Below, piece after piece: positions 49,102-59,617 of a DNA stretch of 64,000 nucleotides. The notes under the pieces were generated by a model. It was not told the origin of the DNA. It saw nothing but the letters and a program-made list of their open reading frames with translations, and did not search any database. This DNA is from Candidatus Woesearchaeota archaeon (GTDB taxonomy: Archaea > Nanobdellota > Nanobdellia > Woesearchaeales > GW2011-AR9). The position numbers were made by a program, and so were the translations under genes. The stretch spans positions 10,440-74,439 of the forward strand of contig CAMAVK010000002.1 in assembly GCA_945861715.1 (NCBI GenBank). The letters are read 5' to 3'. Each line of letters opens with the position of its first letter. Within the stretch, counting starts at the first letter, position 1.

Positions 49102-50339
49102 ATTTTTGAGTTATGTTCTTTATTTTCTTCTATCTTTTCTTCTGTTTGGTCTATCCATTTTTGTCTTAATATCTTAAACGAATCATTTTGGATGCTTTGT
49201 TGTATTTCATCCATTAAACGTTTGAAGAATGAGAGGTTGTGGATTGTAGCTAGGGTGTAGAATAGGAGTTCTTTTGATTTTTCAAGATGGTGAATATATG
49301 ATTTTGTGAAATGGGTGCAGGTGTAGCAGGTGCAAGCTGGGTCAAGGGGGGTTTGGTCCTCTTTGTATTTTGCGTTGGTAATTTTTATTCTAAATTTGTT
49401 TTCTACGTTACCACCTGACTCTGGTCGTGTAAAGATATGACCGATGCGTGCGAGTCGAGTAGGAAGAACACAATCAAATGTGTCAATTCCTAATGGGACG
49501 TAGTAGAATATATCGTCCACAGAACCGATGCCAAGAAGGTGTTTTGGCTTGTGTTCGGGGAGATGTTTTAAGGCGTGCGTTACGAGTTTAACTGATTCTT
49601 CTTTTGGGTCACCAAAGATTGAACCAATGCCGATGCCGAAGGTGTTGAGAGTGGTTACAAATTTGGCTGATTCTTCACGTAGTTCTGTGAATCGTCCACC
49701 CTGTACGATGCCGTAGAGTGCTTGGGAGTTGTCAATGTTTATTTTGTTGAATTCCAATACGGAGCGGGTTTCCCAATTGTGAGTTCGTTTTAAGGATGCT
49801 TGCGTGGTGGGGTAGTCTGCGTTGATGTCAAGACATTGATCGAAGGCGAATATGAGGTCGGCTCCGAGTTGACGTTGGATTTGCATTGATTTCTCAGGCG
49901 TTAGGACATGTGTTGATTGATCTATATGGGATCGAAAGGTGACATGTGTGTCACTTATAGTGCATAATTTTCCACTTAATGAGAATACTTGGAATCCGCC
50001 CGAGTCGGTAAACATGGGTTTATGCCAGGCCATGAATTTTTGTATTTTGCCGCCTTTTTCTATGATGTCTGGTCCTGGTTGTAGATAGAGGTGGTAAGTG
50101 TTTGATAGAATACTGTCAAACCCCATGTCGTTGATTTGTTGTGGGGTAAGGGATTTAATGGTAGCTTTGGTTGCTACGGGTATAAACGCGGGTGTGTGGA
50201 TGTCTCCGTGAGGGGTGTGAATGATTCCAAGACGTGCTTGGTTATCGGTGGATTGTTTGGTGATAGTAAATGAGAAATTGTTTGGTTCTCTATCTTTTTT
50301 GTTTGAGTTACTGACGCTTTGTTTGGTTTGATTACTCAT
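49098..50339 (-). CDS. tgt: tRNA-guanine transglycosylase
   Basis: TIM-barrel TGT signatures TPAFIPV, FTDSGGFQV, and a zinc site CTCYTC...H near the C-terminus. 413 aa with no PUA extension. Confidence 0.75.
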   Translation of the reverse strand: MSNQTKQSVSNSNKKDREPNNFSFTITKQSTDNQARLGIIHTPHGDIHTPAFIPVATKATIKSLTPQQINDMGFDSILSNTYHLYLQPGPDIIEKGGKIQKFMAWHKPMFTDSGGFQVFSLSGKLCTISDTHVTFRSHIDQSTHVLTPEKSMQIQRQLGADLIFAFDQCLDINADYPTTQASLKRTHNWETRSVLEFNKINIDNSQALYGIVQGGRFTELREESAKFVTTLNTFGIGIGSIFGDPKEESVKLVTHALKHLPEHKPKHLLGIGSVDDIFYYVPLGIDTFDCVLPTRLARIGHIFTRPESGGNVENKFRIKITNAKYKEDQTPLDPACTCYTCTHFTKSYIHHLEKSKELLFYTLATIHNLSFFKRLMDEIQQSIQNDSFKILRQKWIDQTEEKIEENKEHNSKI

Positions 50340-50469
50340 ATATATACAAGAATGTGGTTGATTTAAAATGCTTTTGAGATTATTTGACTTTTTTCCTTAT
50401 TAGTGTGTGAAGCAGAGATATAACCGTTTCTTTTTGTGCTATGAAGATAGCCTCGTACTTATTAAAAAA

Positions 50470-50700
50470 TTAAAATCCTTTGAGGCTTGTTTTGAGAAGT
50501 TGTTCGTTGAAGCCAATAATTGTTCTGTTATCTACTTCGAAAACAGGGACTGCGAGTTGGCCAGTTTTGAAGATTAAATCTTCACGATATTGATGTACAT
50601 CGGTGGTATCAAGTTCTTGGAAAGAAATTTTGTTTTTTTGGAGCCAGGTTTTGGCTTTGACACACCATTCACAGTTATGCACAGTATATAGTTTTATCAT
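50470..50700 (-). CDS. glutaredoxin-like small redox protein
   Basis: 76 aa with a CEWC active-site CxxC after the first beta strand, and TVP/GG-like thioredoxin-fold positions. Confidence 0.7.
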   Translation of the reverse strand: MIKLYTVHNCEWCVKAKTWLQKNKISFQELDTTDVHQYREDLIFKTGQLAVPVFEVDNRTIIGFNEQLLKTSLKGF

Positions 50701-50716
50701 CTATCTGCCCTCCGCT

Positions 50717-51115
50717 ATGCATTTTGGACATATTGGTTTATATAATCTTTGTGTTTATGGTGTATATATGCATGAGAAATATTTGTGGGTGGTGAATATT
50801 GCGTTAGTGGTGGTTATTGTGATAGTTGTACTTCACTTGAGCGGCATTACGTTTCCTTCCGTTGGGAAGGTACGGGCTTTGGTCGATGGTGAAGAGCCAA
50901 TGTGTGGTGTACAATATAATTCTGTTTTTTCTCCCGTTGATATGAGTGTTTGTTGTCGAGGTGCATCACAACAGTTGTCTTGTAATCATAAATCAGAGAT
51001 AGTGTTTGGTGTTCGTTATGATTATATTTGTAGTACCGGTCATGGAGATGTTGCGGTGTATTTATTGAATGCTAAGGCTCATAATGAATGTAGTACTCTT
51101 GTGAGGATGCCATGA
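50717..51115 (+). CDS. small Cys-rich membrane protein
   Basis: Internal ATG chosen to avoid overlap with the glutaredoxin gene. One TM helix plus 9 Cys. The stop overlaps the next start. Confidence 0.3.
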   Translation: MHFGHIGLYNLCVYGVYMHEKYLWVVNIALVVVIVIVVLHLSGITFPSVGKVRALVDGEEPMCGVQYNSVFSPVDMSVCCRGASQQLSCNHKSEIVFGVRYDYICSTGHGDVAVYLLNAKAHNECSTLVRMP

Positions 51116-52206
51116 GCTCAGGAAAATTCAAATTAAAGTTTGTTGAGAAGGTGTTTATTGTTCTTGCAGTTTCTCTTTTGTTTTTTGCGAGTGTGGATAT
51201 TGCTAAAGCCCAGGGAAAATTAATTTCTACTAATGGTGAAATAATAGTTCGTTCTGGAGTTATTGATTTGGATGATTTGAGTGTTGAACAAAAGGTTGCT
51301 CAAATGATTGTTGTTGCAGGAGAGGATTATCACGTTGAAGCGTGGAAGAAGTTAGGTGTAGGTGGAATTCATATGTATGCACGAGGATCTGCGAAGGAGT
51401 TTAAATCCTCTATTGATTCATTTCAAGAGGGTAAAGCTGTACCTTATTTCGTGAGTGTTGACTTGGAGGGATGTTTAAACCCACTTGCTGCGTTTTATCA
51501 GTCAGTACCGGTATCACAAATTCGAACCCCCGGCGATGCATTTCAAAAAGGTTTGGATGATGGTCGTGAATTATCGGGGCTAGGTTTCACATTGAATTAT
51601 GCTCCGGTTGTAGATTTGGATGATACTATTTGGGGGTGTCGTGCATTTATGGGAACTGTTGAGACTAAGGAAATACTTGCACAGTCGTATATCCTTGGTT
51701 TACAAGATACTGGTATCATTGCCACGGCAAAACATTATCCTGGCCAAGCATTGGTTATTTCTGACCCACATAAGTTTTTAGTTTCTGCTGATATCACAGA
51801 AGATGATGTGGCACCTTATGAATACTTGTTTCGAAAAGGTGATGTTAAGGCAGTGATGGTAACGCATGTTATTGGGTCTGGTGCGGTTAATAGTCATGGT
51901 GTTCCTGCAGTTGCTGACCCTGAAGTGATTGCTTCAATTCGATCTCAGTTTGATGGTTTAATTATTACTGATGAAATTATGATGCTTGGTCTTAAAAATT
52001 ATTATTCTTCCACAGATGAATTGTATTTGGCCGTTTTCAAAGCTGGGTCGGATGTGGTCTTAAATTTTAATAATGATCCTTATGAAATTGAGATGATGAT
52101 TTCTGTTGTATCTTCAGCAGTAAGGTCGGGTGAGGTTGATATTAATCGCGTTGACTCGTCTGTGACACGGATTTTGGAAGCGAAAGGTTTTACAGTGCAA
52201 CAGTAA
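51112..52206 (+). CDS. glycoside hydrolase family 3 N-terminal-domain protein (NagZ-like)
   Basis: KHYPGQA (KHFPGHG-like) and DGLIITDEIMM (GH3 signature with the catalytic Asp). 364 aa with no C-terminal GH3 domain. N-terminal signal/TM. Confidence 0.55.
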   Translation: MSSGKFKLKFVEKVFIVLAVSLLFFASVDIAKAQGKLISTNGEIIVRSGVIDLDDLSVEQKVAQMIVVAGEDYHVEAWKKLGVGGIHMYARGSAKEFKSSIDSFQEGKAVPYFVSVDLEGCLNPLAAFYQSVPVSQIRTPGDAFQKGLDDGRELSGLGFTLNYAPVVDLDDTIWGCRAFMGTVETKEILAQSYILGLQDTGIIATAKHYPGQALVISDPHKFLVSADITEDDVAPYEYLFRKGDVKAVMVTHVIGSGAVNSHGVPAVADPEVIASIRSQFDGLIITDEIMMLGLKNYYSSTDELYLAVFKAGSDVVLNFNNDPYEIEMMISVVSSAVRSGEVDINRVDSSVTRILEAKGFTVQQ

Positions 52207-52313
52207 GAATTATGACGCAATAAAGTGATTTATGGTATAGAGAAATGTTTTGTGGTGTAGAGAAATTTTCTGTGCTGCAAATTGAGAACTGGTAGTACGA
52301 TTTGAGTTTAGAG

Positions 52314-53180
52314 TTATGGGATAGTAATTTTTTTCTTTGATGTCTTGACAGTAGTTTCTTTTCCTGGTTCCACTGTGTTGGTGTGCATGGTTATTTTTGT
52401 TGTGTGGTGATCGATTTCTATTATTGTTCCGTGAGTTAGAATCGTTGTTGGTTGGAAATTTGGAAGTTTTTCAGAACTGATGAGGATGCCTTGTTCTCCT
52501 TGGAATAAATGCATATGAGTGTAATGTGGGTTTTTTTTACAATTTATGGATATGAGACTTTTTTCGTTGGTGCTTAGTATTATATTTGATGCTCCAGGAT
52601 AATTATATTGATTAATAGTATTGCGAATGTCAATTGGATTTTTCGTTAGTAGGTAATTTTCTAAAATAGAGTGAAATAATTTTTCGGAATCCGTGGTTCC
52701 TTTAGGACTGAATACTTTGTTTTGTGGAATATTATCTTTGATCGTTCCGTTATGACAAAAGAAATATTTTTGCAACTTTTGGTTTTCTTTTTTTTGTGGT
52801 ACTATATCATGTGAGGCTGCAATTGTTAATTCAAATGGGTGGGTGTTTGCCATGGATATTTTTCCTATGGTTGCTCTACGTGTGTGGATGATTGTTACAG
52901 TTACTGAATGTTGTTTTGTTTCTTTTTTTGTTGTTGAATTGTTTACTTTTCTAGAAGTTAATTTGTAATTTGTCCAAATGGGTTTAGTTGATTTGTAGGT
53001 AATCCATTTGTTGGTGTTGGGATTGTATTTAGCGATTCCCCAACCATCTTTATGTGGAAAATTTCCTTTTGTGAAATTATTTAACTCATGTTCACTGAGT
53101 ACATCTTGGGCCATGGCACTGGCGTTTTGAAGTAGAGTTTGTGAATTAAAAGTTCCAACTGCGATTAGCATTCGACACAT
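52314..53180 (-). CDS. class II (Ntn-type) glutamine amidotransferase-like protein
   Basis: Met-Cys N-terminus (MCRMLIAVG) with the conserved downstream Arg/Gly/Asp pattern of YafJ-type GATase II. Confidence 0.55.
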   Translation of the reverse strand: MCRMLIAVGTFNSQTLLQNASAMAQDVLSEHELNNFTKGNFPHKDGWGIAKYNPNTNKWITYKSTKPIWTNYKLTSRKVNNSTTKKETKQHSVTVTIIHTRRATIGKISMANTHPFELTIAASHDIVPQKKENQKLQKYFFCHNGTIKDNIPQNKVFSPKGTTDSEKLFHSILENYLLTKNPIDIRNTINQYNYPGASNIILSTNEKSLISINCKKNPHYTHMHLFQGEQGILISSEKLPNFQPTTILTHGTIIEIDHHTTKITMHTNTVEPGKETTVKTSKKKITIP

Positions 53181-53334
53181 TATAGTTTCACTTTAAGTAA
53201 GCCTTGAAAGGGCATTTATAAACCAGTAGGGTCGTTTTGGTTGGTTGGTGGGGTGTTTTTATGATAGAAATGTGGTAAATAGCCTATTTGTAACAAAAAG
53301 TTAATAAAAGTGTGCCTTGGTTTGATGGTTTGAA

Positions 53335-53502
53335 GCCCCAGTGGCATAGCGGTATCGCACCTGACTTGTATCTGTTGCCAAACGTGTCAAAGTGACGTTT
53401 GTTGGTTTGATTGTGTTGTTTAGCAAACAGTTTGATATCAGGAGGTCGTGAGTTCAAAAAATAGGACATATCCTGTTCTGTTGGAAATTCTCACCTGGGG
53501 CT
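53335..53502 (+). tRNA. tRNA-Thr (UGU) with two putative introns: canonical 37/38 (about 66 nt) and a non-canonical T-loop intron (about 30 nt)
   Basis: Acceptor GCCCCAG (53335-41) pairs perfectly with CTGGGGC (53495-501). Discriminator is T, then T7. Anticodon stem CCTGA (53360-64)/TCAGG (53438-42) with loop CTTGTA|A. T-stem GTGAG (53448-52)/CTCAC (53490-94) flanks TTCAAA plus an insertion that contains an AGGACATATCCT hairpin. The D-stem is weak (2 Watson-Crick pairs). Confidence 0.5.
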
Positions 53503-53588
53503 TTTTTTCCTTTTTTAGTCTTGATGGATGTGTCTGGTTTTAGGTGTGTGGGCATTAGATTTTTGAGTAACATAATGCATAAAAAGCT

Positions 53589-54770
53589 TTGAATCTTTGG
53601 ATGAGTATGGGTTTTTGGGATTCAATACGGTTAAAATTTAAGACGTCTTCTGTTTCTTCTCATTCAAGTGAAATTCTAGTATATTCGGGTGTGCGTGTAT
53701 GGGTCTCTTCGATATTGAAGGATACAATTTTGCAATCTGGGTTTGAGATGAAATCTCGAGAATATATTGATTTTCTTCATGCACAGGTGAAACTTTTTTC
53801 TTCATATGATCATGGGGGTGGTCGAGCTATAGCTGAGCTTCTTAAAGATACGAAGATGAGCGTTGAAGATTTTTTGTATTTACATGAGGAGACGAGACGG
53901 TTTTTGCTTGATGGAAATTTACGTCGAGAGCAGTTTAAAGAGCTTCATAATAAAGTGGATGTTTTTGAAGATTTTTTGGTACAATCCAAGATACGATCAA
54001 TTTTGTTACTCGTGGAACGCGTTGGCTTACTTGATGAATATTGTGAATCTTTGAGTACTGAACAAAAAGCGCTTGAAGCGAAGCTGGAACGTTTGAATTA
54101 TGCTAGGGGTATAGTCATAGGTAAACAAGAAGAGTTTGATTTGTTACAACGTGATTTGGGGATGGAAATGAACTTAGGATCTGAGCGAATTTCTAGACTC
54201 CATGAGGAAGAACTTTCCATTGTTCGTGATCTTACTGGGTTTTTTTCTTCATCTGCTGCGTTGTTTGAAATGTATTGTGCGCAGCATGGGAATTCATTTG
54301 AAAATGCTGAGCTGCTTCGGAAATATCAACGCGATCCAAGCATGTTGTTGGTTCAAGATAAAAATTTAGAAATTTTGAGGGTGTTTGATGAGATCATTTT
54401 AGGTGTTGAGAAAAAAAATCTGGGTAGCGGGGTGGATGATTTAGAGTTTATCATTTTAGAGATTAAACGTATTGATTTAAGTCGAATGGCAGCTGATTTG
54501 ATACGTATTTATGCTGATTTGAAGCGAAAACCAATGATGGATGGAGCAATTAAATATAAACTAGAAGATTTGAAATATCGTATGGCACATTTTCAATCTC
54601 AGGTAGATATTTTGAATTCACAGGTTTTGGTGATTACTGATCGTATTAATGAGTTACGTCAATTGCATGCGCGAGAAATTTCTTTATTTGAAAATATCTT
54701 TCTAAAAAGTTTTGGAAGGGTGGTTGTTATTGAAGTACCGGTCGAGTTACAGCAGGAAAATATGCAATAG
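53589..54770 (+). CDS. hypothetical coiled-coil protein (393 aa)
   Basis: ORF only, helical/charged composition. Confidence 0.45.
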   Translation: MNLWMSMGFWDSIRLKFKTSSVSSHSSEILVYSGVRVWVSSILKDTILQSGFEMKSREYIDFLHAQVKLFSSYDHGGGRAIAELLKDTKMSVEDFLYLHEETRRFLLDGNLRREQFKELHNKVDVFEDFLVQSKIRSILLLVERVGLLDEYCESLSTEQKALEAKLERLNYARGIVIGKQEEFDLLQRDLGMEMNLGSERISRLHEEELSIVRDLTGFFSSSAALFEMYCAQHGNSFENAELLRKYQRDPSMLLVQDKNLEILRVFDEIILGVEKKNLGSGVDDLEFIILEIKRIDLSRMAADLIRIYADLKRKPMMDGAIKYKLEDLKYRMAHFQSQVDILNSQVLVITDRINELRQLHAREISLFENIFLKSFGRVVVIEVPVELQQENMQ

Positions 54771-54814
54771 GTACATCATTATTTAGATTGTTCTATTTTT
54801 GCAAGTTTGCTGTT

Positions 54815-55870
54815 TTATTTCCTCTTTTTTTTTGATGGTTTAGTTTGAGTAAATGTGGTTTTTTTCTTTTTGTGATTTACTTTGATTGTATTTTCTGCGT
54901 GGGTGGGATGTAGGGAAAGAGGTATTGTTTTAGCAGTATCCCATTTTGCTTGTAGTTCTAGGATTGCGAGTTCGAGTTGTTTATTTGTTAAGTCTTGATT
55001 TAGTTTGATGTTTGATTGGGTGTTTGTTGTTTCGTTTGTGGTGTTTTTTTTATGCGGGGGGAGGTGATGTGGTTTGATTGTTGGGATTGCGTGAAGTGGT
55101 GCGTGATGTTGATCAAGTAGTCTTTTGTGGGGGGGAAGAGCATGTTGAGTAGTTTTCTTTTGGAAGGAGGCTTTTACTTTTGCAATTTTTTCTTTTATTT
55201 TGTGGAAAGTTACAGAGTCTCTTTTGGGATGTGTTGTAAATGGTGTTTTTTCTATTTTGTTTGGTGTGTTTGTGATAGTCTTTAGTATTGGTTTTGTATT
55301 GGTGAACATTGCTTGTGTTGGTCTTGCTGGTTGTGTAACTGGTTTTAAATGGGAGATTTTTGAGGGACTATTTATGATGTTATTTATTGTTGTTGCATTG
55401 GATTTAGATTGAGTATGTTTTGATGTTGGTTGTGAATTCGTATTATGATTGTTATGAAGAAGGATGTGACCACGTTTTGGTATTGTTTTTATAACTGGTC
55501 TTTCTAAGAATTCTTCTGCATTAAATTCAGGTTCTATGTGTGGTGTTAAATTTGTTTTTTTGATTATTGGTAATGGTTCTCTACCTTCGAGAATGGCGAT
55601 TTCACGTTCTATTTTCTCTAATTCTTTTGCAAGACGTTGTTCTTCGTGTTGATGTTTGTTATGTGTTTCTTCACGTTGTTTTTTGGTTGTTTGAGCTAAT
55701 TTTTGATTAATTTTTAGCAGTTTTTTTGTTAGAAGCGGATCTATTTTTAATGGGGTGGTTATAAGTGTACGTGGTAGTATGACGTTATTTGCGTCCACAC
55801 TTTGAGCATAATTGTTACTATTAGGACTTGAGTCTTGTTTTTTATTGAATATGCGATCAAAGACACCCAT
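54815..55870 (-). CDS. hypothetical low-complexity protein (Lys/Thr/Pro/His-rich)
   Basis: ORF with a short globular N-terminus and a long basic low-complexity tail. Confidence 0.35.
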   Translation of the reverse strand: MGVFDRIFNKKQDSSPNSNNYAQSVDANNVILPRTLITTPLKIDPLLTKKLLKINQKLAQTTKKQREETHNKHQHEEQRLAKELEKIEREIAILEGREPLPIIKKTNLTPHIEPEFNAEEFLERPVIKTIPKRGHILLHNNHNTNSQPTSKHTQSKSNATTINNIINSPSKISHLKPVTQPARPTQAMFTNTKPILKTITNTPNKIEKTPFTTHPKRDSVTFHKIKEKIAKVKASFQKKTTQHALPPHKRLLDQHHAPLHAIPTIKPHHLPPHKKNTTNETTNTQSNIKLNQDLTNKQLELAILELQAKWDTAKTIPLSLHPTHAENTIKVNHKKKKTTFTQTKPSKKKRK

Positions 55871-56016
55871 TATTTCACCTTGGGTTGTCTATATTCTAGC
55901 GTATTTAAACGTTGTTCTTTTTGAAGTCTATCCAATGGAATCAAATTAGAATTTTATTAGAATCCTATCATGTAATGTTGGTTAATTTAACGTTTTTAGA
56001 AGAAAAATTACCCTTG

Positions 56017-57270
56017 TTATTTTTTTGATAGTGCACGTGTCGATTTCTTTTTGTTTTCTCTCTTTTTTTTGGCATTATCTTTTGGTTCTATGGTTTCTTC
56101 TTCATTTGGAGAACTGTTTTTGTTTTTAGTACTCGCTTTGTCATTTTTAAGAGAAGTTACTTTTCCTTTAGATTTTTTAATATTTATATCTTCAACTACA
56201 TTATCATCGTTTTCATCCTCTTCATCACTATCAATTTCTTCGTTGCTTTGATCCTTTTCATTATTATCGTTGTCTTCATCATCTTCATCATCAGAGGGGC
56301 TTTCGTCTATTTCTTCTACTTCAGGAACGGGAAGAGGTGCAAGTTCAGCGATTTCTGCAAGAATTGTGTCAATTTCTTGGTGTTTTATTTTAAATTTTTT
56401 GAGGTCTTCTTTTGGGGTTATGTCTTTTTTACTGATGTATACAAATGTTTTTTTGATGTTGCTTATTTTGTGATATAAAGCGATTTGATCGTCTAGTGAA
56501 TACCCACTGGTATCAGTTAAGTCGAATACATATATAATTGATGAAGCGACTTCAGCTACGGCGAGTTCGGCTTGGAGTTCAACGGGATTTTGTTTTTCTC
56601 GGTTGAGAGTTCCGGGTACATCGAGAATTTGTATTCTTTTTTCTCCAACGGTGGTGTAGCCCACGTTAATTGAGATGGTGGTAAATGCGTATGGTGCGAT
56701 TTTTGCTTTACTTTTTGCGATCATATTAAGGAGAGTACTTTTTCCTACGTTGGGAAATCCATAAATGCAAAATGTATACATTTCTTTGATGTCAGGGTAG
56801 CCCCGAAGTATTTTTCGATAGTGGTCGAGTGTTTTTAATGGTCCGCGAGTTCCTTTAATAATGGAGGATACTCGACCGTAGAATTGGGTTGATTGGGTTT
56901 CGATGAATTGTCGGTCGCTTGAGGTTGCTATTCCACTCGCGTACTCTTTATGAATACGTTTTACTTGACGTTTAGCGAGTTCTAAGCCTCTAATGGCATA
57001 TTTTAGGTTGATTGGATCTAAGGTTAGTTTCATTAATTCCGTATAAAAGAATGGTAAGTCTTGCGTTTTTGGAAATGCTTGAATGGTTTTTTCTAATCTT
57101 TCAACGATGGTTGAGACGATTACATCTAATTTGATTAGTTCTTTGGTACGAATTTTGTTTGCGTAATCTCCGGATATCTTTTTGCTGTTTGAGCGCTCTC
57201 GGGCTTTTTTGAAGGCTAGATCTAATAATAACTCAGGATTGTCCGGTGGTGGGATATACTGGAAGTTCAT
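56017..57270 (-). CDS. NOG1-family GTP-binding protein with a charged low-complexity tail
   Basis: NOG1-N-like helical domain, G1 GFPNVGKSTL, G3 DVPG and the spacing of an Obg/HflX-type G domain. Acidic, then Lys-rich C-terminal tail. Confidence 0.8.
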   Translation of the reverse strand: MNFQYIPPPDNPELLLDLAFKKARERSNSKKISGDYANKIRTKELIKLDVIVSTIVERLEKTIQAFPKTQDLPFFYTELMKLTLDPINLKYAIRGLELAKRQVKRIHKEYASGIATSSDRQFIETQSTQFYGRVSSIIKGTRGPLKTLDHYRKILRGYPDIKEMYTFCIYGFPNVGKSTLLNMIAKSKAKIAPYAFTTISINVGYTTVGEKRIQILDVPGTLNREKQNPVELQAELAVAEVASSIIYVFDLTDTSGYSLDDQIALYHKISNIKKTFVYISKKDITPKEDLKKFKIKHQEIDTILAEIAELAPLPVPEVEEIDESPSDDEDDEDNDNNEKDQSNEEIDSDEEDENDDNVVEDINIKKSKGKVTSLKNDKASTKNKNSSPNEEETIEPKDNAKKKRENKKKSTRALSKK

Positions 57271-57375
57271 AAGGGTGTAAGATGATGGTTGTTTTATATA
57301 GATTTGTGTGGAAATAGGAGAAGTTTTGGTTTTTTGTTGGGGTTAGGGTTTATTCTGGTTTTGAATGTGTGTTTA

Positions 57376-57708
57376 TTATGGTAATTCGTAATAGGTTATA
57401 TCCACTCTGTCAAAACAACATCGACTTCCAGTATATCCATGTTCGATGAGATTTTGTAGGTGGCGTTCATCGATGTAGACATCGTATCTGTTTCGTTCTG
57501 TTAGGGATACGTTTGGTGGGGTTGCTGTGATATGGAATCCAGGTTCTTCGATTCCATCATTTTCAATGTGTTCTAGGAGGTGAAGGGTGATGTCACAGAT
57601 GTGCCACCCGAATGTTTTTGCGTCGATACGGCTTTCTTTGAGAAGGGTGTTTTTGTCTTGGGGGGTTAAGTCGATGGTTAGGCCAGTGTATGCTACTGCT
57701 ATCATCAT
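57376..57708 (-). CDS. hypothetical protein (110 aa)
   Basis: ORF only. Confidence 0.35.
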   Translation of the reverse strand: MMIAVAYTGLTIDLTPQDKNTLLKESRIDAKTFGWHICDITLHLLEHIENDGIEEPGFHITATPPNVSLTERNRYDVYIDERHLQNLIEHGYTGSRCCFDRVDITYYELP

Positions 57709-57768
57709 TCTTAGGTGTGTGATTAGTGTTTAAAAGAATTATTGTGGCGTTTGGATTGTGTGGATTTA

Positions 57769-59472
57769 TTAGACTGGATGGTCATGTCCAATGCGTTTGC
57801 GTTCGTTTAGGTGTTTTAAGTGGTCTACACGTTCCCTTTTGAGATCTAGTTTGTTTTTTCGGATGTTGGTTATCATGCTTGATACTTGTTCTCCACCAAG
57901 AAAATGTGGTAGTATAACATAATCGGCTCCATGTTCGTATAATTTTAGACTTTCATCGATAGTGGATGCGGTGACGAGGATTTGCGTTTTTTTGTTTACG
58001 GTGCGAATTTTTCTAATTAGGCGAATGTTATCCTTTATGTCTGGTATTGTTGATATAAAGATTTTTAATTTTGGGAGGTTCATATGCTCTATTACTTCTT
58101 CATCGGTTGCTTCTCCATACATGCAGTGATATCCTTGTTTTGCTACCATGTTGATTATTTCGGGATTGTAGTCTATTACAAGAACATCTTTTTTGATGTC
58201 ATGTAAATCACGCAGGATGCTATACCCGATTCTGTTGTGTCCGCACAGTATGACCGTTGGTTCAGGACCTATTGGACGGTATTCTGTTGTTTTTGTTGAG
58301 AATTTATCAAATATTTTCAATGGCTTTTCAAGTAGATTGAAGATGGATAGTGCGTTTGGTATGGTATACGAAGTAAGGACGATTGTTGTAAGGGTGACAA
58401 AAATTACAATTGAGAATAAATCTTGTGTGATGTGTCCTAGGAGAAGACCTTGGGATGCGAGGATGAGACCAAATTCTCCTACTTGTGCCAAACTACTTGC
58501 AACAAGAAAAGAGGGTTTTTTGGTATATCTGAAGAGTGAGCATACTAACATAGTAATGAGTGGTTTTACAAAAATAATTATGGCGATGAGACTGATAATT
58601 GCGAGCCACCATTTTTTTAAAACAACAAATGAAATCCCCATGCCTAAGGACACAAAAAACAGAAGTGAGAAAAAGTCTTTGAGGCTTTTTATTTTTCCAA
58701 TTATTTCGTGTTTATATTGAAGCGTTCCGAGGGTAAGGCCGCCAACAAAGGCGCCAACTGCTAGTGATAACCCAAGATATTGGAAGGAGATGGCAAAGAA
58801 AAAACATGTTGCAAGACTGGTTATAAAGAGGAGTTCTTGATTTTTTGCTGCTACGTTGAATAAACCAGGAAAGAGGTATTTACTTGCTAGATATACTGTA
58901 ATAAAGATTGCTGCGAATTTTGCTAATGCGATTAATAAAATATGATATGAAAATGTATTTACTGATGATAGAATTGTAAGCGCTAAAATAGCTATGATGT
59001 CTTCAGTGAGGAGAATCCCCGTTATTATTTTTCCATGCAATGTATTTAGTTCTCTGCGGTCCGAGAGGATTTTGAGGACAACCATAGTGGAGGAGAAACA
59101 GAGGATTAAACCAATATATGCAGCTTCCATACTTAAAAAACCTAGAATGAGTGCAATTGCAAAGCCAGTTATGAATAAAAGGGTGATTTGAATTGTTGCG
59201 CCGAGCGTTGAGATCATAGCGACATCTTTTAATGATTTAAGGTCCATTTCAAGGCCGACTAAAAAGAGGAGGAAGGCAACCCCCACTACTGACATTGATT
59301 GTATAATAGTTGCGTCAGTTATGAGGTGGAGGGCGGGAGCGATGATTATTCCAACTAATACGTAGGCGAGAATTGTTGGCTGTTTGAAGAGTCGAAGAAT
59401 GAGCGCGGTGACTGCGGTTACTACAATGATAATCCCTAATTGGGTAAATATATCATTTGCAACAGCTATCAT
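57769..59472 (-). CDS. Kef-type monovalent cation:proton antiporter (CPA2) with a C-terminal RCK/TrkA-N domain
   Basis: About 12 TM helices with CPA2-like composition, then a Rossmann domain with the GxGxxG-like loop TVILCGHNRIGYSILRDL. Confidence 0.8.
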   Translation of the reverse strand: MIAVANDIFTQLGIIIVVTAVTALILRLFKQPTILAYVLVGIIIAPALHLITDATIIQSMSVVGVAFLLFLVGLEMDLKSLKDVAMISTLGATIQITLLFITGFAIALILGFLSMEAAYIGLILCFSSTMVVLKILSDRRELNTLHGKIITGILLTEDIIAILALTILSSVNTFSYHILLIALAKFAAIFITVYLASKYLFPGLFNVAAKNQELLFITSLATCFFFAISFQYLGLSLAVGAFVGGLTLGTLQYKHEIIGKIKSLKDFFSLLFFVSLGMGISFVVLKKWWLAIISLIAIIIFVKPLITMLVCSLFRYTKKPSFLVASSLAQVGEFGLILASQGLLLGHITQDLFSIVIFVTLTTIVLTSYTIPNALSIFNLLEKPLKIFDKFSTKTTEYRPIGPEPTVILCGHNRIGYSILRDLHDIKKDVLVIDYNPEIINMVAKQGYHCMYGEATDEEVIEHMNLPKLKIFISTIPDIKDNIRLIRKIRTVNKKTQILVTASTIDESLKLYEHGADYVILPHFLGGEQVSSMITNIRKNKLDLKRERVDHLKHLNERKRIGHDHPV

Positions 59473-59617
59473 CGTGCTTGATTAGGTGTTTTGGGGTATA
59501 TAAATCTTGAGGGTTTTTTGGTTTTTGTTGATGTATTTTTGTTTTATTTTTTGGTTTTGTAATATTCTGGTGTGGCTGAAGATATATTTTTATCATTTTG
59601 TGGTTTATGGCTGATTT

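Noticed and set aside
53284-53469. 61-aa minus-strand ORF
   Set aside because: Lies antisense across the exons and intron of the tRNA-Thr gene. Explained by the tRNA.
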